This document shows positions 22,812 through 30,409 of a stretch of 44,397 nucleotides of DNA, piece by piece. The translations under genes and the position numbers were made by a program. Under the pieces are notes generated by a model. That model ran no database searches. It was given only the letters and a program-made list of their open reading frames with translations, and was not told the origin of the DNA. The stretch is taken from IMG/VR virus record IMGVR_UViG_3300031566_000098, positions 1 to 44,397 of that record. One strand, given 5' to 3'. The stretch's first letter is position 1, and each line of letters opens with the position of its first letter. This DNA is from a virus.

Positions 22812-23616
22812 AAAGATAATCCCGTATAAATGGAACGACATCTTTCACTTTTATCCCTTTGGCGATATCCACATGGGTTCTATTGACTCAGCAGAAGGTG
22901 ATTTTAATAACAAAGTCATAGAGTGCGTCAACAGGGAAAACTCTTATGCTCTCGGCATAGGCGATTATGCTGATTGCATAACTAAGAATGACCCACGCTT
23001 CGACATGGATGGCCTGGCTTCCTGGGTAGAAAAAGGAAACATAGTTGAATCGCAGCGTATTCGGGTTGTTGAAGCATTCAAGCCTTTAGTGGAAGCAGGC
23101 AAACTAATTGCATTAGGAACTGGCAATCACGAAGAGGAAATACATCTCAGGCATCAATGCGACATAACCCGTAACATCTGCCGTGATTTGAAAGTCCCTT
23201 ATGCCGGGTATTCCTGTTTCGTGATACTGACTTTCAGACGCGAGAACAGCAACGAAAGCCATCAATATGTCTGGCATAGCTGGCATGGTGCTGGAGCTGC
23301 TCAGACTGAAGGGGCCAGACTGATGCGCTTAATGAGGTTGGTAAATGACATTCAGGCTCATATCTACACTATGGGGCATCTACATGCTATGACCTCGCAT
23401 ACACCCGATAGATTAATGTGCGTTAGGGGCAGAGTAAAAAGTATAAAGCTGGTTGCCACTATTACGGGATCCTGGCTGAGAGCCTATACGCAGCCGAAGG
23501 GAGAACAGATACTAAATGCCAGTTACGCTGAAAAGAAAGGCTATAAACCGAGCCGTATAGGATGCCCGGTTATCAAGATATGTCCAGAACGAGACGAATT
23601 AACAATAGAATCATAA
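22798..23616 (+). CDS. Calcineurin-like metallophosphoesterase
   Basis: Motifs in order: GDIHMG, GDYAD, GNHE, GHLH. I place the start at the internal ATG (MEIIEKIIP). Confidence 0.8.
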   Translation: MEIIEKIIPYKWNDIFHFYPFGDIHMGSIDSAEGDFNNKVIECVNRENSYALGIGDYADCITKNDPRFDMDGLASWVEKGNIVESQRIRVVEAFKPLVEAGKLIALGTGNHEEEIHLRHQCDITRNICRDLKVPYAGYSCFVILTFRRENSNESHQYVWHSWHGAGAAQTEGARLMRLMRLVNDIQAHIYTMGHLHAMTSHTPDRLMCVRGRVKSIKLVATITGSWLRAYTQPKGEQILNASYAEKKGYKPSRIGCPVIKICPERDELTIES

Positions 23617-23660
23617 CTAAATATAGGTAAGATAATACCCTAAATGGGTAAGGAGACAAA

Positions 23661-23846
23661 ATGAATCCAGAGACAGGAGTAAAAATAATCGAAAGAGTTT
23701 GCATAGCCATCATCTTTGTCATTACGGTCATCTATCTAACCGATTATCCTCAAATATGGGGTCCGGTACTTGGCTTGTTATCCCTCATATATGGCGGCGG
23801 CTCAATTATCAAGGGCGCAGTCAAGTATATGTTGAAAATACAATGA
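23661..23846 (+). CDS. Holin-like two-TM membrane protein (61 aa)
   Basis: AAGGAG SD. Two hydrophobic spans (VCIAIIFVITVIYL and VLGLLSLIYGGGSII). It is upstream of a peptidase. Confidence 0.5.
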   Translation: MNPETGVKIIERVCIAIIFVITVIYLTDYPQIWGPVLGLLSLIYGGGSIIKGAVKYMLKIQ

Positions 23847-24112
23847 TACGAAGATTATTAAGTGATGCTTGGGAAGGACTGAAACTAACTTGGGGCGAAT
23901 GGCACATGATTGTCTGTGGCTTAGGAGATGGGCTTGCCCTGAAAGTAGGGGAAAAGATACCACCTATTCAGGAAACACCTGACGACTACAAGGAAACTGA
24001 CTTCTACGCAATACTAGCAAGAGAGGCATGGTATTACAAGATAAGCATGGGAATTGGAAGATTTATCTGGGGGGTGCTTATAGCAATAACATTTATGGAG
24101 GTTTTAGGGTGA
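23843..24112 (+). CDS. Membrane-associated protein (89 aa), lysis accessory candidate
   Basis: ATGA overlap. The C-terminal TM span is FIWGVLIAITFMEVL. Confidence 0.45.
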   Translation: MIRRLLSDAWEGLKLTWGEWHMIVCGLGDGLALKVGEKIPPIQETPDDYKETDFYAILAREAWYYKISMGIGRFIWGVLIAITFMEVLG

Positions 24113-24113
24113 T

Positions 24114-25019
24114 ATGGACTTAAATCGCAGAAAGGATTTTGTTTTCAAGCCAGGGTTAAAAGATGATGGTAAGCCCATCATAGACTTTAGGACTATACCG
24201 TTGCGCGCTATTCTAAGGCTGAAGGAATTGCCTCCCTTGCCCAATGAGTATGATGCTCACGAAGCAGTAGGTGGGGTACAAGATGACCGAATGTTCGGGA
24301 ATGATACATACGGGGATTGTGTTAAAGCTGCTTTTGCTCACTTTATTCTTACCTTGGAGAAGTTCGAGCAGGGTGTCCAGATCGAGATAGATGATCAAGA
24401 AGTCATTGACGAATATCTCAGGGAAACAGGCGGTGCTGACTCTGGATTGTATGCAACCTACGCGATGAAAGACTGGCGTAATCACGGCTTGGAATTTGGA
24501 GATAAGACATACACAATTTATAGTTATGCGGGCGCCGAACCCAAAGACCATGTGGCTATCAAATACTCTATCTATCTACTCAGGGGCATTTTCTTTGCCA
24601 TGCAGGTATTCCAAACCGATATTGACCAGTTCAAGGCTGGTGAGCCCTGGCACCTGACCGGCAATAATGGTTCCCTTCTAGGTGGTCATGGAGTTTATGC
24701 TTTCTCTTATATAAATACCCACCAGGATTGCACTCATTGCCTTACTGGATGGGACGAAAATGGCTTAACCTGTATGACATGGGGCGAAGAGCAATTTATG
24801 ACCTGGGACTTCTGGGACGCTAGAGTCAATCAGGCATTTGCCGTTGTGGATAACCGCAATAAATGGCAAGGCGCCGATTCCCCCGTAAATGTTGACTTAA
24901 ATGACAGCTACCTCAGAGAGATAACAGGAGATGGCACGGATAATCCCGGCTGCCCCTTCCCCTGGCTTAGACCTGCCAAGAAAGCAGGCAAAATAATAGC
25001 AAAAGGATTGGGCTGGTAA
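24114..25019 (+). CDS. Papain-like cysteine peptidase (301 aa), endolysin candidate
   Basis: NDTYGDCVKAAFAH is a nucleophile-Cys context and GGHGVYAFSY a His context. It directly follows the holin-like genes. Confidence 0.5.
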   Translation: MDLNRRKDFVFKPGLKDDGKPIIDFRTIPLRAILRLKELPPLPNEYDAHEAVGGVQDDRMFGNDTYGDCVKAAFAHFILTLEKFEQGVQIEIDDQEVIDEYLRETGGADSGLYATYAMKDWRNHGLEFGDKTYTIYSYAGAEPKDHVAIKYSIYLLRGIFFAMQVFQTDIDQFKAGEPWHLTGNNGSLLGGHGVYAFSYINTHQDCTHCLTGWDENGLTCMTWGEEQFMTWDFWDARVNQAFAVVDNRNKWQGADSPVNVDLNDSYLREITGDGTDNPGCPFPWLRPAKKAGKIIAKGLGW

Positions 25020-25471
25020 TGAAGAAAACTGATATAGCCTATATAGCAGGACTTTTTGATGGTGAGGGCTGCATTATGATAAATAAAACTATCTATCGCC
25101 CTCGAACTTATTACCAGTTATATGTGCAAGTAAATATGTCTTCACAATGGATAATTGAATATTTGCAGTTTACCTTTGGTGGGAGTGTTCATAAATATGA
25201 GCATTCCCAATATTACCCTAACGCAAAACCACAATGGGCATGGAAGGCTTATGGCTTGGCAGCTGTTGAATTTCTTAAAGCTATGATGCCCTACCTAAAA
25301 TTGAAAAAAAGTCAGGCAGAATTAGGTTTGCTCTTTCAGAGTAAAAAGCTATCAAAATCTGATTATTTGAGAGAGGCGCATCCTAATAAGAGATTTCGGA
25401 CAGATGAAGAGCTAGCTGTTGAAGAGGCTCAATTTATCTTAATGAAGGAATTGAAGAAAAGTGAAGCGTAA
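25019..25471 (+). CDS. LAGLIDADG homing endonuclease, single-motif, copy 2 (150 aa)
   Basis: Motif IAYIAGLFDGEGCIMI. It shares the blocks FGGS, PQWAW, MPYLKLKKSQAEL and LAVEEAQ with copies 1 and 3. TAATG overlap with the upstream gene. Confidence 0.85.
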   Translation: MKKTDIAYIAGLFDGEGCIMINKTIYRPRTYYQLYVQVNMSSQWIIEYLQFTFGGSVHKYEHSQYYPNAKPQWAWKAYGLAAVEFLKAMMPYLKLKKSQAELGLLFQSKKLSKSDYLREAHPNKRFRTDEELAVEEAQFILMKELKKSEA

Positions 25472-25657
25472 ATATAAAAGACGAGGAGTTTCTTAATGAA
25501 ATCTACACCGCACAGCAGAGCTATGTTTGTGCTTTGTGTTCACACTCTATCCTGCCAGGGATGAAGTTCAAGTATATACAAAGGATATACACCGATAGTA
25601 AGGGTAATAAGGCTACCGAACTCGCGAAGATACATGCATATCATAGGATAGAAGAGG

Positions 25658-25780
25658 CTAGGCTTTCTTAGTAGTGGCTTTACCACATTTATTACACTTA
25701 TAGCGTTGAACTTTCTTTCGACCGGACCAGGCAAAGCCTGATTTCATCATTTTAGTTCCGCAACATATTGGTTGTGTCAT
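25658..25780 (-). CDS. Zinc-ribbon miniprotein (40 aa), InsA/transposase-type ribbon
   Basis: Hand translation: MTQPICCGTKMMKSGFAWSGRKKVQRYKCNKCGKATTKKA. ATGA overlap with the upstream gene. Confidence 0.45.
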   Translation of the reverse strand: MTQPICCGTKMMKSGFAWSGRKKVQRYKCNKCGKATTKKA

Positions 25781-26130
25781 TTTGGCTCCTCTTTATAAGC
25801 ATCTTGTGCTGCTTCATAACAATTAATGCAGACGGGAATTAATTTATTCTTTTGTCTAACAAAAACCACATCCTCTTCACAGACAAGATGACTACAACTT
25901 GCCCTATATTTTGCCTCCTTCTCGATAGGGGAGAAGTCGCAACTAGCTCCCATTCCCATCATTCCCGCAACATCGCCTACATCGCAGAAGGTTTGATGCA
26001 GAGCACTTGCGAAGTGGCAAGTATTTTCAATACTAGGGGTTAAGTGATGTTCTCCATCTGTAGTGAGTTTATCTGCGACTTGCTGTATATTCTTGATTAG
26101 CTTGTCAAAGAACTCCTCTTTGTATGTCAT
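25777..26130 (-). CDS. Cys-rich hypothetical protein (117 aa, 7 Cys)
   Basis: GGAGAGG SD. It ends with a VCINC pair. Confidence 0.6.
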   Translation of the reverse strand: MTYKEEFFDKLIKNIQQVADKLTTDGEHHLTPSIENTCHFASALHQTFCDVGDVAGMMGMGASCDFSPIEKEAKYRASCSHLVCEEDVVFVRQKNKLIPVCINCYEAAQDAYKEEPK

Positions 26131-26196
26131 TATTCCTCTCCTTCTTCACTGCCTGCCTTATAAGGTCAGGACTGTTAGGTGATTATTCTTCTCATC

Positions 26197-26421
26197 CTAT
26201 TTGCCGAGGAATATTCTATTAAAGTTTCTGCTAAGTGAAGCCCTGCTATACATAGGGAATTGATGGCTACAATTAGGACATGGCTCCAGGTGTTTGGGCT
26301 TCTTTCCAAATAGGCTAGTGTATTCTATCTCAGTTAGCTGTTTTGTCCATTTATTCCCACACTTAGGACATTCAAAACGCACCAGTGATTTCATTTCCCT
26401 CCTTTCAATGTCGTTTAACAT
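26197..26421 (-). CDS. Zinc-ribbon protein (74 aa)
   Basis: CPKC...CPNC. There is no SD. A TATAAT lies 9 nt upstream of the ATG. Confidence 0.55.
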   Translation of the reverse strand: MLNDIERREMKSLVRFECPKCGNKWTKQLTEIEYTSLFGKKPKHLEPCPNCSHQFPMYSRASLSRNFNRIFLGK

Positions 26422-26475
26422 ATACGATATATTATAATGAGTGTTAAGATAACTAGGATTGGCATTTTAGTTCCC

Positions 26476-26757
26476 TCAATAGTCCAAGATACAACAAAGT
26501 TCGGGATTATTCACTCGAACGACAAATGCCTCGCCCCTTAGCTTGTTGCTACTGTGCTTGGTCTTTTTGCTGATGTATATGCGACCATCAGTTTCCTCCA
26601 GTCCAAGCCAGCCCCTTTCTTCGTCAAAGAATTTTCGCCTGTCCCGACCTCCTTGTTTGTGGTCTGTTACCATTAGGGCATAATACTCATTATCTTGGGT
26701 GAGTGGACGGTCTCCCCAATCGACCAGTGTGATGTTGTCGTTGTACTTTTGATTCAT
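26476..26757 (-). CDS. Hypothetical protein (93 aa)
   Basis: AGGAGGAG SD. Confidence 0.6.
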   Translation of the reverse strand: MNQKYNDNITLVDWGDRPLTQDNEYYALMVTDHKQGGRDRRKFFDEERGWLGLEETDGRIYISKKTKHSSNKLRGEAFVVRVNNPELCCILDY

Positions 26758-26795
26758 TTTCTCCTCCTAAACTCTGCCAGGCTTATGCTCTGGTC

Positions 26796-26966
26796 TTATG
26801 AGTAACCTAAATATATTACCTCTTTACACTGTGGGCAAATGACCACTGTTTTACAAGTGAAGTCCTTGTATTGCCAATCATCGTGGTCGCTCTTGTAGTG
26901 GCACTCCGGACATTCATCAATGCCCTCGTGTTGTAGGTGCTCACTCGCTGTCATTACTGTCTGCAT
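26796..26966 (-). CDS. Zinc-ribbon protein (56 aa)
   Basis: Hand translation: MQTVMTASEHLQHEGIDECPECHYKSDHDDWQYKDFTCKTVVICPQCKEVIYLGYS. AAGGAGG SD. Confidence 0.55.
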   Translation of the reverse strand: MQTVMTASEHLQHEGIDECPECHYKSDHDDWQYKDFTCKTVVICPQCKEVIYLGYS

Positions 26967-26988
26967 TTCCTTTCCTCCTTTTAGTTTA

Positions 26989-27026
26989 CTTGTCTATATC
27001 TTATCAAGTCTTATCATAGCTTGTCA
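26989..27026. repeat. Four helically phased heptamers CTTGTCT / CTTATCA / CTTATCA / CTTGTCA in a divergent promoter region
   Basis: Copies start at 26989, 27000, 27010 and 27020 (spacing 11, 10, 10). On the minus strand they read TTGACA- and TTGATA-like -35 elements. Confidence 0.7.
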
Positions 27027-27104
27027 AGTCCCTAATTTAGCTATGAGTTAGCTTTGGAGGTCACTCCTTCAGCTTTGAGAATAATTTTGTTAGGAGATAA
27101 AATT

Positions 27105-27296
27105 ATGCAAATAGAATTTATAGCAACATTACCTGATAGCTCAACAGCAATCTCTATTAGTGGAGATGGTGCTTCAAGGGTGAAACTTGATATACCGGAC
27201 TCCGAGCTGGCGAACGCTGTTAAATTGATCTTACTTAAAGGTAAAGCATTCAGAGTTAAAATCGAGCCTATAACAGAGCAGGGAAATGACATATAA
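27105..27296 (+). CDS. Hypothetical protein (63 aa)
   Basis: AGGAGA SD upstream of the internal ATG (MQIEFIATL...). Confidence 0.5.
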   Translation: MQIEFIATLPDSSTAISISGDGASRVKLDIPDSELANAVKLILLKGKAFRVKIEPITEQGNDI

Positions 27297-27570
27297 GGAT
27301 AAAGAAAAGCAGAAAGTAGCTAATAGAGCAAACGCTAAGCATTACAGGGAGAAGAAGGGTATGACGCAGGGTATGACGGAAGAGATGGGTATGACGCAAG
27401 ATAAATCATCATACCCCGACATCATAGATAAATTAACCGACCCCTTCTGGAGAGAACGATTAACAAGAATCTGTGCAGCCTTTCATGGGAGAAGGTTCGG
27501 CATGGATGTTACATGGCTCGGTGATACTCCTTTAACTGTCGCCTGTGATTGGCTGGAGTGTACAGAATAA
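27286..27570 (+). CDS. Hypothetical protein (94 aa)
   Basis: ORF only. It contains a GMTQ repeat (GMTQGMTEEMGMTQ). Confidence 0.5.
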   Translation: MTYKDKEKQKVANRANAKHYREKKGMTQGMTEEMGMTQDKSSYPDIIDKLTDPFWRERLTRICAAFHGRRFGMDVTWLGDTPLTVACDWLECTE

Positions 27571-28038
27571 ATGGGACGTAAAACACTATTAAATGATGTT
27601 ACCAAGAATATAATACTTGATCATATTAGTAAGGGTAACTATATAAGAACTGCTTGCCTTGCTGCTGGTATTCATGAGGATACCTACTACAACTGGCTTA
27701 AACGGGCTGAGAACGCTAGTGGGAATGGAGATGAGATATATTCCGAATTCTTCGTGGAATTAAAAAAGGCCAGACAGCAAAACATATCTGAGCGAGTGAG
27801 GAGGATACAGGAAGCAGGGGAGAAGCCTCAGAACTGGCCTGCTAATGCGTGGCTATTAGAGAGAATGGAGCCCGGGGAGTATGGTAGAAGGATAGAGTTG
27901 GAAGTCGGGCCGTCTAAGGTGCTCATGGCGTTACAAGAGCAGGCTCAGAAGGCATTAACCCAGGGTACTCAAAGAGAGATAGCGACTCAGGCATTGATAG
28001 CTGCTGTGGACGACACCCCCGAAGGCAATGAGGACTAG
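27571..28038 (+). CDS. terS: Terminase small subunit candidate (HTH)
   Basis: N-terminal HTH ISKGNYIRTACLAAGIHEDTYYNWLKR and C-terminal NWPANAWLLERMEPGEYGRR are typical of TerS. It lies upstream of terL. Confidence 0.6.
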   Translation: MGRKTLLNDVTKNIILDHISKGNYIRTACLAAGIHEDTYYNWLKRAENASGNGDEIYSEFFVELKKARQQNISERVRRIQEAGEKPQNWPANAWLLERMEPGEYGRRIELEVGPSKVLMALQEQAQKALTQGTQREIATQALIAAVDDTPEGNED

Positions 28039-28053
28039 AACAGCTTGCTAGTG

Positions 28054-28075
28054 TCGCACATTGTCCGTTGTGCGA
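28054..28075 (+). terminator. Hairpin TCGCACA-8 nt-TGTGCGA after terS (weak terminator or processing site)
   Basis: A perfect 7-bp stem followed by agtatttta, which is a poor U-run. Confidence 0.35.
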
Positions 28076-28385
28076 AGTATTTTATAGCTGATTGCTTTTT
28101 ATTTGAGCTATAACCCCTTCACCATTGACCAAACCCAAGCCGTACCCCCCTTGTGTGAATATATCTACCACACGCTCTCCAGAATAGGATTTGAGTTTAT
28201 TAACATAATGTTTACGAAATGAACAGCTAATTCGTAGCTAATCTGTCATTAAATTGGGGTGAGCAAAAGAGTGGCATAAGTCCTCGATGCTTAATGTGTG
28301 GGCGACAGGATGCCCTGGCTCACCAGCCCCACTCCAGCCTTCCTTCTATCTTACAACAACAATAACCATAGCAATAAAAACAACA

Positions 28386-28730
28386 ATGATGAACAAAGAT
28401 TTTGCGTTATTCCAAAGTGAGTTCAAGAAGTGGCAAAAGCTATTTGGCTTAACTGGCTACAAGGTTTACTTCAAGCATGAGCCGTTGGATAATTCATTTG
28501 GTGACATTAGTATCAATCAAGAAGATATGGTAGTTACTGTAAGGTTCAACAGTAAATTAACTGATAAAGATAAGCCCTATCAAGATATTAAACGGACCGC
28601 CAAACATGAAGCGCTACACTTATTGGTAGGCAGGTTGGAGATGAATGGGAGGTATCGTTACATATCCGAAAATGAAATATCCGAAGCTAGTGAGGAGCTG
28701 GTGCATAGGTTAGAGAATTTAATCTCATGA
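28386..28730 (+). CDS. Small HExxH-motif protein (114 aa), metallopeptidase-like
   Basis: TAKHEALHLLVGRLE. The start is taken at the internal ATGATG because the tracked N-terminal extension looks non-protein-like. There is no SD and the leader is CAA/A-rich. Confidence 0.55.
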   Translation: MMNKDFALFQSEFKKWQKLFGLTGYKVYFKHEPLDNSFGDISINQEDMVVTVRFNSKLTDKDKPYQDIKRTAKHEALHLLVGRLEMNGRYRYISENEISEASEELVHRLENLIS

Positions 28731-28761
28731 ACGAATTATCAATAATAGGGCAAAAGATTAA

Positions 28762-28815
28762 ATGGGTTATATAGAAGCACGGCAAGAGATAGTAATTCAG
28801 GGAATATGTAAATAG
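28762..28815 (+). pseudogene. Duplicated 5' fragment of terL (17 codons, then stop)
   Basis: AAATGGGTTATATAGAAGCAC at 28760-28780 is identical to 29012-29032. It encodes MGYIEARQEIVIQGICK*, compared with the real MGYIEAQREIFNLVGY. Confidence 0.6.
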
Positions 28816-28979
28816 ACGGGAAATTCCGAAACGATAATTTTATCTACTATATTTCCATCAGGTTTCATAATCAGCATTATAAAGCCTTTACCCTGAGGAT
28901 TCTCAACAATTTTGACCCAGAAATCACCCGTAGGCAATTTAGCTTCAACAATTTTATCACCGATTGTTATTGTATTCAT
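28797..28979 (-). CDS. Hypothetical 60-aa protein encoded antisense, between the terL 5' duplicates
   Basis: The ORF has an extended -10 promoter 6 nt upstream of its ATG and no SD. Confidence 0.55.
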   Translation of the reverse strand: MNTITIGDKIVEAKLPTGDFWVKIVENPQGKGFIMLIMKPDGNIVDKIIVSEFPVYLHIP

Positions 28980-28985
28980 ATCTTA

Positions 28986-29013
28986 ATTATATCATAAAGG
29001 CTAAAAAAGTAAA
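28986..29013 (-). promoter_or_regulatory. Extended -10 promoter (TTTACT-16-TGaTATAAT) for the 60-aa gene; possible leaderless mRNA
   Basis: The minus strand reads TTTACT tttttagcctttaTGa TATAAT taagat ATG. The -35 element abuts the terL start codon on the opposite strand. Confidence 0.5.
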
Positions 29014-30402
29014 ATGGGTTATATAGAAGCACAGAGAGAAATCTTTAATCTAGTAGGGTACACGCCGACTCCAGAGCAGGATTTAATCCATAAAGACCAG
29101 ACGAGGCATAAGCTAATCGCAGGTGGAGAGAGGGCAGGGAAGTCGAAGGTTAATTCCAAAGAGCTTTTGTTTCACTGGTACACGGACATAAACATAAACT
29201 ATTCTTTAATCTATGAAAAGAAGTTGTCCCCTGCATTGTATTGGCTCTTGGGGAATGATTATGAAGCCTGTAGAGGAGAATGGGAGCATATTGCTGATGA
29301 TTTTATGAAACTTGAGGCGTTAGCAGTCCCGCCTACCAAGAACATAGACCCTGGCGAGATGATTCTAAAAGATGGAACTAAGATAATAACGAAGTCGGCA
29401 AAGTATCCCGAAAAGATAGCAACAGTCGCACCTGACGGAATCATAATCTGTGAGGCTGCACAGGTTGATTATGATGTCTTTTTAAGAGCAAAGACAAGGC
29501 TGGCCGAGAAAAGAGGTTGGCTGAGTATGGCGGGAACTTTCGAGGAAGAAGATTACGTCGGCTGGTATAGAGAACTGTTTGAATTAGGGCAATCCTATAA
29601 TCAATTAGACTTGAAGTCCTTTTCCCTGCCGACCTGGACTAATATAGTCATCTTCCCTGGCGGGAGAGAAGACGCTGAGATTCTGAAGCAGGAAGCGGGG
29701 ATGACTAAAGAGAGGTTTCAGGAGAGGTTCGGCGGTGTGCCGTGTCCTAAGACGGGAAGGGTTGTAACCGAGTTCGCCAACGCTATTCATGTCAGACCTT
29801 GTTCGTTTGACGAGAAATTACCAGTTGAACTAATGGTTGATCCTGGCTACGCAGGAGCGTATGCGGTTCTGGTCGGTCAAGATTATGGGGAACAAATTGC
29901 CTTAATAGACGAAATTTATGTTCAAGGCGTGGTGACGAAAGATATTATCTTAATGTGCAAGAAGAAGATATGGTGGAACGCCGTTGTTGGTGGTGCGATT
30001 GACATAGCGGGGAAACAGCATCAGGCGATGGCTGCCCCTGTGGAAGTATGGCTTTCTGAGGGAGTGAGTTTAAGAAGTAAGAAGGTCAACATAGAAGATG
30101 GGATTGACCTGTTAAGAACGCACCTGAAGCAGCATCCCATAACTGGACAGCCTGGGGTTATTGTTGACCCTAAATGCCGAGGATTTATATCGGAGTGTGG
30201 TGGTGGGAAGTCCCCCGTTGACGGTGGTGGGATTTGGATGAGGGATAAGAACACATTGAAACCACTTGAGAAAAACAATCACGCTTGCAAGGCGTTGATT
30301 TACTATCTATCGAACAAATACGGGTTTGTGGGCGTAAGGAAAACGCCTGACCCGCTTAAATGGGTGGGACAAACCCCAGCAAAGACATTTGTAAGAACAT
30401 GA
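29014..30402 (+). CDS. terL: Terminase large subunit
   Basis: Walker A-like AGGERAGKS. 462 aa. The C-terminal nuclease-domain context begins at MVDPGYAGAYAVLV. It lies immediately upstream of the portal gene. Confidence 0.85.
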   Translation: MGYIEAQREIFNLVGYTPTPEQDLIHKDQTRHKLIAGGERAGKSKVNSKELLFHWYTDININYSLIYEKKLSPALYWLLGNDYEACRGEWEHIADDFMKLEALAVPPTKNIDPGEMILKDGTKIITKSAKYPEKIATVAPDGIIICEAAQVDYDVFLRAKTRLAEKRGWLSMAGTFEEEDYVGWYRELFELGQSYNQLDLKSFSLPTWTNIVIFPGGREDAEILKQEAGMTKERFQERFGGVPCPKTGRVVTEFANAIHVRPCSFDEKLPVELMVDPGYAGAYAVLVGQDYGEQIALIDEIYVQGVVTKDIILMCKKKIWWNAVVGGAIDIAGKQHQAMAAPVEVWLSEGVSLRSKKVNIEDGIDLLRTHLKQHPITGQPGVIVDPKCRGFISECGGGKSPVDGGGIWMRDKNTLKPLEKNNHACKALIYYLSNKYGFVGVRKTPDPLKWVGQTPAKTFVRT

Positions 30403-30409
30403 GGAGATT

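Noticed and set aside
28287-28385. The N-terminal extension of the HExxH protein in the ORF track (MLNVWATGCPGSPAPLQPSFYLTTTITIAIKTT)
   Set aside because: It is low-complexity, has no SD and overlaps the predicted nested RNA helices. The internal ATGATG start gives a compact protein, although that start also lacks an SD.
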